From: Octopus bimaculoides
Taxonomy: Eukaryota
DNA length: 47,339 nucleotides
Reading direction: 5' to 3'
Assembly (NCBI RefSeq): GCF_001194135.2
Contig: NC_068982.1
Location: 97,650,631-97,697,969, forward strand
Both the position numbers and the translations under genes were made by a program. Below are positions 12,036-24,851 of this stretch, in pieces (the first letter of the stretch is position 1; each line of letters opens with the position of its first letter). The notes beneath the pieces are model-generated. The model saw only the letters and a list, made by a program, of their open reading frames with translations, made no database searches and was not told the DNA's origin.

Positions 12036-13114
12036 NNNNNNNNNNNNNNNNNNNNNNNNNNNNNNNNNNNNNNNNNNNNNNNNNNNNNNNNNNNNNNNNN
12101 NNNNNNNNNNNNNNNNNNNNNNNNNNNNNNNNNNNNNNNNNNNNNNNNNNNNNNNNNNNNNNNNNNNNNNNNNNNNNNNNNNNNNNNNNNNNNNNNNNNN
12201 NNNNNNNNNNNNNNNNNNNNNNNNNNNNNNNNNNNNNNNNNNNNNNNNNNNNNNNNNNNNNNNNNNNNNNNNNNNNNNNNNNNNNNNNNNNNNNNNNNNN
12301 NNNNNNNNNNNNNNNNNNNNNNNNNNNNNNNNNNNNNNNNNNNNNNNNNNNNNNNNNNNNNNNNNNNNNNNNNNNNNNNNNNNNNNNNNNNNNNNNNNNN
12401 NNNNNNNNNNNNNNNNNNNNNNNNNNNNNNNNNNNNNNNNNNNNNNNNNNNNNNNNNNNNNNNNNNNNNNNNNNNNNNNNNNNNNNNNNNNNNNNNNNNN
12501 NNNNNNNNNNNNNNNNNNNNNNNNNNNNNNNNNNNNNNNNNNNNNNNNNNNNNNNNNNNNNNNNNNNNNNNNNNNNNNNNNNNNNNNNNNNNNNNNNNNN
12601 NNNNNNNNNNNNNNNNNNNNNNNNNNNNNNNNNNNNNNNNNNNNNNNNNNNNNNNNNNNNNNNNNNNNNNNNNNNNNNNNNNNNNNNNNNNNNNNNNNNN
12701 NNNNNNNNNNNNNNNNNNNNNNNNNNNNNNNNNNNNNNNNNNNNNNNNNNNNNNNNNNNNNNNNNNTCAATTCTATTTCAAGATTTCTTGTCAATAGGTA
12801 AAGAGCCGGTTTCTAACCTAGATCCAAGGCTCCGTCATTGGAGTTTCAACATCAACCACAGGATATTTTTTGTATGTATGTTTACGTGCAGATTTGTACG
12901 CTTTGTTTTATGTCTCCCCATGCATATACTTGCATATCTAGACATGCTCATATATACTTAAACGATAAACTTCGGGAAAGTTTTACAGATTCTTACATTT
13001 CCAGTGAATGGCTTGGATGTGTAATCTTTGAATCAGCTTTCTTTTTTCTGTCTTTGAGAGGCCTAATTTCTCAAGATTGATATTTAAGCAGTGTTACATA
13101 TCCTTATGCCCCAT

Positions 13115-13257
13115 GTATGTATGTATGTATGTATGTATGTTTGTATCTATACGTGTGTGTATGTATGTATGCATGTATACATGCACGTATGTATGTATGT
13201 ATGCATGTATGTATGTATGCATGTATGCATGCATGCATATATGTACACATACATACA

Positions 13258-13290
<33 letters not shown>
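13115..13290. repeat. (TATG)n/(CATA)n compound microsatellite with inverted halves
   Basis: Read directly from sequence. Confidence 0.9.
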
Positions 13291-13291
<1 letters not shown>

Positions 13292-13571
13292 CAAGAATGG
13301 AGAAAATCACATCTTTAACTGATGATTACACCATACATTACCGACGAACGTTTCTATTGTGTCAGCGTGTTTAGATACAGAGAAAAAAAGTATGAAATAC
13401 TATTCTTGTTCTTGTTGTCTTATACTCCGAATTTCTCTTCTGAGAAATATTTGGATTTACTAGTCATATATGGAAAATTACTTTGAATCTTTGGTATCTG
13501 ATTGTTTGATATAGTTAATCAAATCTGTTTAGCATAATGCTTTAGGGATATCTGCCTAGTTTTATTAATCC

Positions 13572-13718
13572 CTTCTTCTTCTTCTTCTTCTTCTTCTTCT
13601 TCTTCTTCTTCTTCTTCTTCTTCTTCTTCTTCTTCTTCTTCTTCTTCTTCTTCTTCTTCTTCTTCTTCTTCTTCTTCTTCTTCTTCTTCTTCTTCTTCTT
13701 CTTCTTCTTCTTCTTCTT
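13572..13718. repeat. Long pure (CTT)n trinucleotide tract
   Basis: Read directly from sequence; source of the poly-E/K/R ORFs. Confidence 0.97.
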
Positions 13719-14320
13719 TCTCCCCCTTCTCCCCTCCTCCGTTGCTCCCCCCTCTCTGTCTGTCTGTCTGTCTGTCTCTCTCCCCTCCCTCTTCTTTCCC
13801 TCTCTGTATATATATATATATATACACACACATATATATATATATCATTCAACCACGGTAGTAGTTGAATATATTCTTAAGTCCACCATTTCGTCAATCG
13901 CAGCAGCTTCCAAGCTTCACCACTAATTCAGTTCTCAACTAAATTGCAAACTGTTAACAGTTTTAAAGAGGACACCTCCTCAGCTACACTTTGGCATAAA
14001 TACTTTGAGATTTGGTTCAGTAGAGAAAAAGTTACATCAAAATATATGAGGTCTAAAGTGGGGTGTAAGGCACCTATCCATCTTCAATTAACATAATTTT
14101 TTTTTTTTTTTAAATAAATGTATACTTTTCTTAGGCTTAAATGATAGAATAATGCATGAAGAAATCTGAATCGGTAATCGCATTGAACAAAAATTAGTAG
14201 AAAAAAAGTTGAGGTGAAATGTCTGGAAATTTCATGTCAGTACATGAGGAAATAAGTAACGCTCTAAGTAATAATGTTAAGATAAGAATATATTACTGAA
14301 AAGAATGCCTACATCCTAAC

Positions 14321-14422
14321 GCGGCGGGTTGCCAAAATCGCCGGGTGAAATGTTAATCAGTATTAAGTCTGTCTTTTTGTTTTGAGTTCAAATTCCACCG
14401 AAGTTGACTTTACCTTTCGTAT
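14321..14422 (+). mobile_element. SINE family C, 5' fragment
   Basis: ggcgggttgccaaaatcg...gagttcaaattccaccgaagttgactttacctttc aligns with the heads of the 24478-24736 and 31640-31845 copies. Confidence 0.65.
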
Positions 14423-15247
14423 ATTTTATTTTTTAAATTAAGTATTTAATTAAGTTATTTTTAATATGCTGTTGAATTAGGGTAAGTTTAACTTTTATTA
14501 TTAATTTTCTCTTTCAGCTTTAATTAACTTGTTTTCTGCTTTTTTTTTTTGCTTTTCCCTTTTAGTTGCTTTCCTTTTCTTTTTAGTTAATTATTTAATC
14601 ATACTAGTGCATTAATGTGCTATATGCTTCAGATATGTGCATCTAAATTTATTGGGGCAGGAATATAGTCAATTTTGGCTGTATCTCTATGGGCAGATCT
14701 GAAGGCATGTAGTAAGGCTGTCCAGAAAAGGCATTGGTTAAAGTGCTTATATTCTAAATTTACATTTTGAATTTCAAAATTAATTAAAAAGAATTTTTCA
14801 TAAATCAAACTTATATTAATGGGATGCAGGTAATTTAAACTTGTGTATATCTGATATGCTTTTATAATTACTGCTGTATTGAATAATCATTGATAGATCT
14901 AGATTAGCAGCAGTCAGTGCAATTATCACCAACTCAAATTCTAGGTTATTTAAGGTGAGCCTGGTAACTGATGGTTGTTTGTAACATTTGGTGAGCCATG
15001 GTGCAACCAATAAGATGGTAACATTCCCTGCCATTAATCTGGTGTGGATGGTAATATCAAATAATTCAATCACAACATATATTTAAATTAAACATTAAAA
15101 AAATTGAAATATCATCACTTACATTGAAAAATTGAAATATTTTCTTTCAGTATTTTATAAGTTAAAATCTTAAATTATTAATTGACACATTATTAATTAT
15201 CTTATAATAGCAATGCCTCGAAAAATCATGGATTACATGGAAAAATT

Positions 15248-15708
15248 CGAGCATGAAAAGTAATATTCTTAAGATTATAAACCTGGAAAAGTACAGGATA
15301 AGTTATTACACCTGGAAAAGTATAGGACAAGCTATTACTTCTAGTAAAGTAAAGAATAAGAAACTTTTTACTTAAAATATTGCAGCCAAAATAAAAATTT
15401 CAATATTAAAAATTATTTTATTATAGTTTAAAAATAAAACTATACTTATTTAAGTAGAATTTGGCTAATTTACTACCTTAAATACAGAAAAAACTGACTA
15501 ATTAGACAAACTTACAAATTAGCTGAACAGTTTTGTACAATAAATTTAAAAGATGGGAATTGTAAAGAGTGATAAATTAGAAGAACTGGCATTCTTTGCT
15601 GCAATATTTTAAGCAAAAAAGTTTCTTATTCTTTACTTTACTAGAAGTAATAGCTTGTCCTATACTTTTCCAGGTTTACAATCTTAAGAATATTACTTTT
15701 CATGCTCG
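15248..15708. repeat. Near-perfect long inverted repeat (foldback or MITE-like)
   Basis: Arm 15248-15386 is the reverse complement of arm 15598-15708, except for about two substitutions, a 1-nt indel and a 29-nt tandem duplication in the left arm (15281-15309 / 15310-15338). Spacer is 211 bp. Confidence 0.92.
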
Positions 15709-15880
15709 CTTGACAACCGATGTTAGCGTGTTTACGTTCCCGTAACTTAACGGTTCGGCAAAAGACAACGATAGAATAAGTACTAGGCTTACAAAGAATA
15801 AGTATTGGGGTCGACTTATTCGACTAATGGTGGTACTCCAGCATGGGCGCAGTCAAAAATAAACAAGTAAAAGAATACAT
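15709..15880 (+). mobile_element. SINE family A, 5'-truncated 3' module
   Basis: cttgacaaccgatgttagcgtgtttacgttcccgtaacttaacggttcggcaaaag...ctccagcatgggcgcagtc...aacaagtaaaagaata. Confidence 0.88.
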
Positions 15881-17346
15881 TATTTAGCTCTGTATGATGT
15901 TTTGGGATCTAGTATGCTTTGAGTTAGAACCTTCCCGTAGGCACTTGTAACCAATTACAATATCGTCACTTCCCAATGAACCTTAATGTTACAAGAAATC
16001 CTAACTAAAATATACTTATTATGCATATCTTCTGATTCTTCCTAATTAACTCTAATTAACAAAGCTTTCTATAAAACAGTGGATGTAATTTAAACAGCGG
16101 GTGTAATTCTTCATTACATTACTTCGACTTAAAAAGATGCAGAATGGCGTTGAGTGCATTTCTCCAAAGTACATCTCTCCAAGAGCAGCATGAAATCTGA
16201 GCAGTTTAAGGCTCTCAAATTTGCGCGTGATAGCTTCATAGTTTACTACTTCTTAAAGAGTAGGGTTTCTATAAGAAACCCACAACAGTAAAAATTTGAG
16301 GTTTTTCTTTTTTTTATTTATGTTACTAGAATTAGTCATTCACATAATTATTTACGTAACTAAGGATATAATTCTAATTAATTAAGAATTAAGCTTTCTT
16401 AGTCCATTTTACTAACTTTCAAAAAATTGGGAATACTTGGGTAATTTTCTCTACTGACTCCTTTTATGTTTGGTTAATATAATTGATATGTGATGCATCT
16501 GTTGAATATTTCCTCAGTAGTACCTTTCGAGAATATATAAATCTGTCTTCTATTCGAATGATTATTAGAACAGTTGAAACTCATCACTAAATTAGCAAGC
16601 ATGAAGACGGCCATACTTCACTGCGGAGATATAATAATTCGAAGTATAATCAAAATTGTCACCCGTACTTTCTATAATTAGGCTGCAAATAGTATCAATT
16701 ACTAATATAATATTTTCTTCTTTCTCCTCACTACATAAGTGTTATTAATTCATTTTTCTCTTTAATATAATAGTTCGGTGGTACTAATTTATTTATCACA
16801 GATGAATTGTTTATTTTCAAATTTGGTTTTATCCTTATATTTTATACTCTCCTGTTTCTACTCCTTGGAGAAACTTCTATTAGTTGCTCAACCTGCTAGA
16901 AACAACAGTAAAATCTCCATCAAATCACAACCCTACAATTTTAAAAAGCAAAAGAACACATTGTACAACGTTATCCGGAGGGTACAAAGGCATTCAAAGA
17001 TACACACACACACACACACATGTATGTATTATATGTATGTATATATATATATATATATATATATNNNNNNNNNNNNNNNNNNNNNNNNNNNNNNNNNNNN
17101 NNNNNNNNNNNNNNNNNNNNNNNNNNNNNNNNNNNNNNNNNNNNNNNNNNNNNNNNNNNNNNNNNNNNNNNNNNNNNNNNNNNNNNNNNNNNNNNNNNNN
17201 NNNNNNNNNNNNNNNNNNNNNNNNNNNNNNNNNNNNNNNNNNNNNNNNNNNNNNNNNNNNNNNNNNNNNNNNNNNNNNNNNNNNNNNNNNNNNNNNNNNN
17301 NNNNNNNNNNNNNNNNNNNNNNNNNNNNNNNNNNNNNNNNNNNNNN

Positions 17347-17387
<41 letters not shown>

Positions 17388-18071
17388 ATATATTTAAACA
17401 ATTTGGGAAAACAAAATTCCAAATCAATCAGTTGCAACCCTTCAGCAATATATGCATCTACAAATCGTACCTTGAGGTTTTATTTATCATATATTTATAT
17501 ATTTATCTATAAATATATAAAGTATCTGATAAAAGTCAATATTAATTCAATTTTGGGGCATTAATCGATATACGGGTATTCTATTTCAGATAATACAAAA
17601 AATAACCTAATGAGTATATCTGAAAGTAAACACATGGTATCAGTTTGCACATAACGAAATAATACTTAAAGGATATAAACAAAATTACCAGCAGGCTATA
17701 TATTATACTTCATTAATTATCTCCTACTTCAGTTAATACTTAAATTTCTTAAATATGAAAGAACTACACGTGTTTCAGTATTTGAAGATTACAATATATA
17801 AACATATACACAACTGTATGTATACAAATTTAATTTGCGGTCCATGGGAAGAGCCGTTTTAACGATGCGTCCAATGTCCTGTACCCAGATATGCACCTAT
17901 ACATACAGGTGGATGTCGGTATGCACATACCTGTACGTATATATGCATATACTCATTTACTATTTGTTTTTACATGACCGAACTCAGCATCACCATTTGT
18001 AAGTAGTTATCGAAACTTTATATTTTCCGACGCTACTCTATCTCTTTCTCTTTCTCTTCCTCTATCATTTT

Positions 18072-18180
18072 CCCCCCTCTCGTTCTTCCTCTGTTTACTA
18101 CTACGTATCTCTCTTTACCCCTCTCGTTCTTCCTCTGTTACTACTACGTATCTCTTTTTCCCCCCTCGTACTTCCTCTCT
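18072..18180 (+). repeat. Pyrimidine-rich minisatellite, unit about 43 bp, 2.5 copies
   Basis: cccctctcgttcttcctctgtt(t)actactacgtatctct occurs twice, plus a partial third copy. Confidence 0.85.
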
Positions 18181-19386
18181 TCCTCTTTTCCTCTCGTTGC
18201 TCACCTATTCTTCTACTTCCTCCCTTTGTTTCTCCCTCTACCACTCTCTCTCTTCCCCTTACACCGGCATGGTCACATGCTTCCGGTCAATAATCCTTTT
18301 CTTCCTTGGCTATCGCCGAGCAAACACGTGAACTTACTTCGTCCCCACTTTCAAGTTCGTGCCTCACAGCGTTCGTACACACATAATTTTTCCCGTCTGG
18401 CCGTATAGCCTTTTCTGTTNNNNNNNNNNNNNNNNNNNNNNNNNNNNNNNNNNNNNNNNNNNNNNNNNNNNNNNNNNNNNNNNNNNNNNNNNNNNNNNNN
18501 NNNNNNNNNNNNNNNNNNNNNNNNNNNNNNNNNNNNNNNNNNNNNNNNNNNNNNNNNNNNNNNNNNNNNNNNNNNNNNNNNNNNNNNNNNNNNNNNNNNN
18601 NNNNNNNNNNNNNNNNNNNNNNNNNNNNNNNNNNNNNNNNNNNNNNNNNNNNNNNNNNNNNNNNNNNNNNNNNNNNNNNNNNNNNNNNNNNNNNNNNNNN
18701 NNNNNNNNNNNNNNNNNNNNNNNNNNNNNNNNNNNNNNNNNNNNNNNNNNNNNNNNNNNNNNNNNNNNNNNNNNNNNNNNNNNNNNNNNNNNNNNNNNNN
18801 NNNNNNNNNNNNNNNNNNNNNNNNNNNNNNNNNNNNNNNNNNNNNNNNNNNNNNNNNNNNNNNNNNNNNNNNNNNNNNNNNNNNNNNNNNNNNNNNNNNN
18901 NNNNNNNNNNNNNNNNNNNNNNNNNNNNNNNNNNNNNNNNNNNNNNNNNNNNNNNNNNNNNNNNNNNNNNNNNNNNNNNNNNNNNNNNNNNNNNNNNNNN
19001 NNNNNNNNNNNNNNNNNNNNNNNNNNNNNNNNNNNNNNNNNNNNNNNNNNNNNNNNNNNNNNNNNNNNNNNNNNNNNNNNNNNNNNNNTTTTACATCCCT
19101 TTAAAAAATAAGCAATACAATTAAGCATTTAAGATTAAAAATTATGAATTAAAAATTAAAGATAAAAATTTTACTTAGTAATATTAAGAATTAAAATTTA
19201 TAAATTATACATTATAAATATGAATTAGTATATATATCAGTCATGTAAAATCAAGTATATGTCAAATACACAATGTGAGATATAAAATTTTACATCAGAA
19301 TAAAAATGTCTGTGTTTAAATGTGATATATAACAAGAAAAATTCAATTACATATATATACATTTATACATAACTGTATATATATAC

Positions 19387-19422
<36 letters not shown>

Positions 19423-20384
19423 GGGGGTGGTCACTAGCTGACCATTGATAATGAAACGGGAAATCTTATCATGTAGTACTGTAGTTAAATACTTTAAATA
19501 ATGCTGCTATATTGTATACTGTTAAAATTTAGGGTTAATCAAAACCTTTCCAATTAAGTACCCCTAAGAATCTATAAATGTCATGATTGGAGTAATAATA
19601 ATAACTTCTTAAACCTATAGTATAACCCTTAGTTTTAATTTTTAAAAAAATAGTGCGAAATTAGAATGTCCTATGACTTAAATATTCCTTTAGCTAATAC
19701 CAGGTATCAGTCTTTTATTGATACTAGCTAAATAAGTAAATATAAAATGTTTAGTCTAATATATTTTGAATTATTATACATTTTCTATAAATCTTTTCTA
19801 TTGTTGTTAATGTTTATCATGTTTTTAGTGATTAAGCTATTTTATTCCGTTTCTATGGTGTTCTGCTCTACGTGATTATTTTATTTCTTTATTATTTTAT
19901 AATTAGCCTTTATTTATTTATAAAATTAAACTAATTTTTATACATCTATAGATAGCTTATATAAAACAATACTGGTATATTCACTACTTATAATAAACTG
20001 CTTAGTTTATAATTTAATTGATATATAGTTAGCATGTTCTTTTACCTCAGTACTCCTTTATTAAATAGCAGTCTATACCAATTAATAAATATTCACAGAT
20101 ACTATCTGATGAGTTAATATTTAAGTATATAATATGTATAAATATTAAACTATTTCTGGATAATTTCTTTTCCTCCCTCTATTGTGGTAAAAGTTTGGTA
20201 TATACTCAAAAGTATTCAAAATTTTTTTATCCTTTTGTTATAATATTCTTCTTAATAATGTTTTGATTAACCCTAAATTTTACCTGTATACAATATAGCA
20301 ACATTGTTTAAAATATTCAACTATAGTGCTACATGATCAGATTTCCCCTGTTTCATTATCAATGAACTGCTAGTGGCCGCCCCC
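19423..20384. mobile_element. Non-autonomous DNA transposon with about 125-bp TIRs and TTAA target duplication (Kolobok-type ends)
   Basis: TTAA (19419-22) GGGGG...CCCCC TTAA (20385-88). Segments 19423-19545 and 20260-20384 are inverted copies. The interior is AT-rich and non-coding. TTAA TSD with 5'-RR termini is the Kolobok signature; piggyBac starts 5'-CC. Confidence 0.8.
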
Positions 20385-22181
20385 TTAATTGTCAGCTAAC
20401 ATCTTCATTTAAGTTTTCCTTTACCAAACCGCATGATATTGCTTCTAATAAATCTTGATTTTTATGACTATATCCACTATGATTTCTGTCTGCTCCTTCA
20501 GCCCTACCCCTAACAGACACTGCCCCTTGTTCTCTCGGCCTTAGATATAAAAGGATTTGATAAAATTAGTCTATAAATTAAAACTGACCCCATAAAAAAT
20601 ACAGTGACAAGCAAAATTCTGTAACAAGTCTTTCTTCCTGATACCTTAGTAGCTTCTAAGCTGAAGGGAAGGCAGCATGTTCTTTGTCTATCTCCTTCAC
20701 TTCTTGGAGATTTTAGGTAAACTTATACTAATGTGTCCATCTGTTTTAATCTAATTAAATTCTATGTCTTTGTGCAGCTGAAGATTGCTCTGCATTTAAA
20801 TTAATGTAATGATTCCATTGTTCANNNNNNNNNNNNNNNNNNNNNNNNNNNNNNNNNNNNNNNNNNNNNNNNNNNNNNNNNNNNNNNNNNNNNNNNNNNN
20901 NNNNNNNNNNNNNNNNNNNNNNNNNNNNNNNNNNNNNNNNNNNNNNNNNNNNNNNNNNNNNNNNNNNNNNNNNNNNNNNNNNNNNNNNNNNNNNNNNNNN
21001 NNNNNNNNNNNNNNNNNNNNNNNNNNNNNNNNNNNNNNNNNNNNNNNNNNNNNNNNNNNNNNNNNNNNNNNNNNNNNNNNNNNNNNNNNNNNNNNNNNNN
21101 NNNNNNNNNNNNNNNNNNNNNNNNNNNNNNNNNNNNNNNNNNNNNNNNNNNNNNNNNNNNNNNNNNNNNNNNNNNNNNNNNNNNNNNNNNNNNNNNNNNN
21201 NNNNNNNNNNNNNNNNNNNNNNNNNNNNNNNNNNNNNNNNNNNNNNNNNNNNNNNNNNNNNNNNNNNNNNNNNNNNNNNNNNNNNNNNNNNNTACACACA
21301 CATATATATACATATATAGTGCGAGTATGTATGTATGTATGTATGTATGGATGTACGTATGTATGTATGTATGTATGTATATATGTAAGTACGTATGTAT
21401 GTATGTATGTATGTATGTATGTGTAATAAAAGATATGGGAAATACTTGAAATTCATTGATATTCATAAAGACAAGTACATATCTAGTTATCAGTAAATGT
21501 GCCTCTGGTTGAACGTATGAATGTGCATTCGAGTAACATCGGTTATCGATGAATATCAAAAATTGCATTTTTTTCAATGTAAATATAGCAATCATAGTAC
21601 TTGCCAGGAAACACATGCCACTAATTAAAATCTACTTTACCATTCACATGTTAATTAAGGAATTAATAACAATTAATTAGATACTAAAGATGCTGAAAAT
21701 AAGACATACATTACTGTATTTTTATACTTGTCTATATATATATGTATATATGTATATATATATATATATATATATANNNNNNNNNNNNNNNNNNNNNNNN
21801 NNNNNNNNNNNNNNNNNNNNNNNNNNNNNNNNNNNNNNNNNNNNNNNNNNNNNNNNNNNNNNNNNNNNNNNNNNNNNNNNNNNNNNNNNNNNNNNNNNNN
21901 NNNNNNNNNNNNNNNNNNNNNNNNNNNNNNNNNNNNNNNNNNNNNNNNNNNNNNNNNNNNNNNNNNNNNNNNNNNNNNNNNNNNNNNNNNNNNNNNNNNN
22001 NNNNNNNNNNNNNNNNNNNNNNNNNNNNNNNNNNNNNNNNNNATATACACACTCACGCAGAAGCAAATATATAATTATATTATTACACACATCTTTAGTA
22101 TGATTATGTCAGTATATGCAAATACAAAAATCTATATGCGAATGTATCATTCATATATATATATCTATCTATCTATCTATC

Positions 22182-22219
<38 letters not shown>

Positions 22220-22624
22220 TATCATACACACATACACACATACACACACACGCACACATGCGGTAAAAATATATATTGTGGGTATTGATGCATTATTGCA
22301 TGTATCTGTATTAAGTGATATATATATATATATATATATACATATGTCTTCATTATAATCATAAAGGCATAAATAAACATATACATGTCAATATAGGCAC
22401 ATACATTACCATCTGCATGCATTTCAATGAAATATTGTGTGTATATGTGTGTGTACGTGTTTATCTTTTTATCTGTTTATCTAATTATATATTTTTTATC
22501 TCGATATGTGATCTAGCGGTAACACGCTATCTTGAAAGTGACTGAATTCAGAGATTGGGATTCGTGGCATTACATTCAACACTTTAATTACTGTCGGTGC
22601 AATACCCCATGGTATATAGATTTC

Positions 22625-23480
22625 ATCTCTTCCACTCCGTGTTCATTGACTGGCTGACTAGAGGGAGCTCAGAGGATTTAGATGATACCCTTGCTATTGA
22701 AAAAAGGCTATCATTGTGAGCTGCCCGGCGAACTTGATTTTCCTGGCCTTCTTGCGTCTTATGAGCCAGGATACTTCCATTGGGCATTCTGGCTCTTGGT
22801 CCCTGAATAATAAGAGTAGATCCAACTTTCGTCACAAGTCACTGGACACTCAAGTATTCTTGGATTAGAAGTAATGAGCTCAACCATAATCCTGGTGTCA
22901 CCGATGCGACTTTTCTTCTGTTCGTCACTGAGTTCTGTGGGAAAAAAAATTGGCACAAATCTTGTATATGCTCAGATCTTCATAAATAATTCTGTGTACA
23001 ATTGCCACACCAACTCCGAACTGTATGCTTATTGTCATCCAGCTCTGATATTCAGCTGTCCATCTCCCTGCTATACCTTTCATCGTCTTTCAACTCCTCT
23101 CTACCGTCCTTGAATGTCTTGTACCAGCGAATAAAGAAATGCTTGGCTCATACAAGCGAATCTATAAGCAGTCTGAGACATTTCCTAAGTTTCCAAAGCC
23201 TTCTCGCCCAGTTTAACATAAAACTTTATTGCATAGCAGGGTTCTAAATTGTCTTCCTGTCCCGACTGCGTTCTGCAAACCAGTTAGCTATGGCAAATAG
23301 TATTCAATGGAGTGTGTTCTAAGTGCTGTCACAGCCGTTTCTTTCAATATGAAATAAAAGAAAAGTTAGCTGATCAGTTTAGTAGATACATAGTAATGAT
23401 ATACAAACATTACAGTAACCTAGGATAGTTATAACTGCTTCTCCTAAAATGGTCTCAAACCTTCTGGAAAGCAGCACGTT
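22625..23480 (-). mobile_element. Mariner family 2, 3'-truncated, decayed transposase
   Basis: The minus strand reads CYAIKFYVKLG...RWYKTFKDGREELKDDER...FFPTELSDEQKKSR...VTCDESWIYSY...QWKYPGS...MIAFF, i.e. HTH, WVPHEL-like linker and first catalytic D. The 5' end ttccagaaggtttgagacc aligns with the TIR of the 41.05 kb copy. Confidence 0.88.
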
Positions 23481-24477
23481 GTGAGATTTTTATCTGTGCA
23501 TAACTAACCAGACGCGGACATAACGGGAGTTAGTAGCACATATGCCGTCAGATATTGACACTGTAACTAGATGTAAAACTGCATTTCCCACCGCATTTCA
23601 CCGCCTTTCCGCTTGGTGTGGCTCTGAGCTTATACCTATCTGCCAATATAGATCTTCACACTAACATGAACCAGTTACTGCGAAGATACCACTAGAATAC
23701 TGTTCATCTCTGAACGAACAAGGCCCACGTACAACGATACCGTTCCGTATTAAAATATTCACTTGCAACTTACTCAACTCTCTTAAAATTTGTTAGCAAA
23801 ATTCTGGCAATAGTGTATAATACAACTGCCGTACAGCTCTCTTTAAATAGAAATCAAACTTATGACTGTTTTAAATAAAACTGCAACACAACTCTCTTAA
23901 AATAAGAAAACATATTTTTTTCTGTATATTGCATGATATTTCTGCATTGAATCCTGCCAAATACATTTTTTGTTAAAACTGCTTTTTCTTCCACATAAAA
24001 ATGTAAAAACCCGCTATATTCTTTTTTAGTTCGCTCTGTCATGCACAATATTTCTGTCTGTTAAGTATGCTCTATATTTAATATCAAACTTTCGAACTGA
24101 TATTTGCATAAACGTAATTTCTACAAACTATGTATTTTATTGAATTAAATTTATATTTTGTTGGATAAATTCGTCGTTTTGTTTCTGAACTCGTATGTCA
24201 TTTGATTTATTTTATCTGACAATATTTGTACAGGTTATGATGCGACATGCGAGCTTTCTTCCTATATACTTGGGCTCTTATGGTCGGTCGTCATTCTATT
24301 TTTGTTTTGAATCTCTCGGAAAAAAATGTTTCCGTTTCAGTCGAGATGAGAATAGAATTAATAGATTGAACAAAATATTTCTGTTTTATCAATTCAGTTA
24401 TACTTGGGGAAACTACATATCTTCATTTCCAATCATCTTACTTCGTTTTCATTTTTCAAACACACACACACACAGAC

Positions 24478-24530
<53 letters not shown>

Positions 24531-24736
24531 TCCTTTCTACTATAAGTACACGGCCTCAAATTTTAGGGGAGGGGATAGTCGATTACATCGACCCCGGTAC
24601 TGAATTGATATTTAATTTATCGACCCCGAAAGATTTGAAAGGCAAAGTCGACCTCAGCGGAACTTGAATTCAGAACATGAAGACGGACGAAATGCCGCTA
24701 AGCATTTTGGCCAGCGTGCTAACGATTCTGCCAGCC
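24478..24736 (-). mobile_element. SINE family C (Nin/Deu-domain-like), full length with (AAT)n tail
   Basis: Head ggctggcagaatcgttagc, B-box-like ttcaagttccg, then gaggtcgactttgcctttcaaatctttcggggtcgataaatt, resembling the Nin/Deu core cctttcatccttccgaggtcgataaa. Tail at 24478-24528. Confidence 0.85.
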
Positions 24737-24737
24737 T

Positions 24738-24754
24738 TAATAATAGTAGTAGTA

Positions 24755-24788
<34 letters not shown>

Positions 24789-24845
24789 TAATAATCTTTC
24801 TACTGGAAGCACAAGGCCTCAAATTTTGGGATTAAGTCGATTACA
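24738..24845 (-). mobile_element. SINE family C, 3' fragment with (AAT)n/(AGT)n tail
   Basis: ctttctactggaagcacaaggcctcaaattttggg...agtcgattaca repeats the 3' end at 24530-24585. Confidence 0.75.
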
Positions 24846-24851
24846 GTAGTA

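Noticed and set aside
13319-13352. CTGATGA ... GAACGTT
   Set aside because: No stem II, GAAA incomplete, no stem I.
23560-23760. Minus-strand GIVVRGPCSFRDE...VTGS, faintly like Tc1/mariner IIGPYFFE..TV.G
   Set aside because: No convincing DDE residues or TIRs around it.
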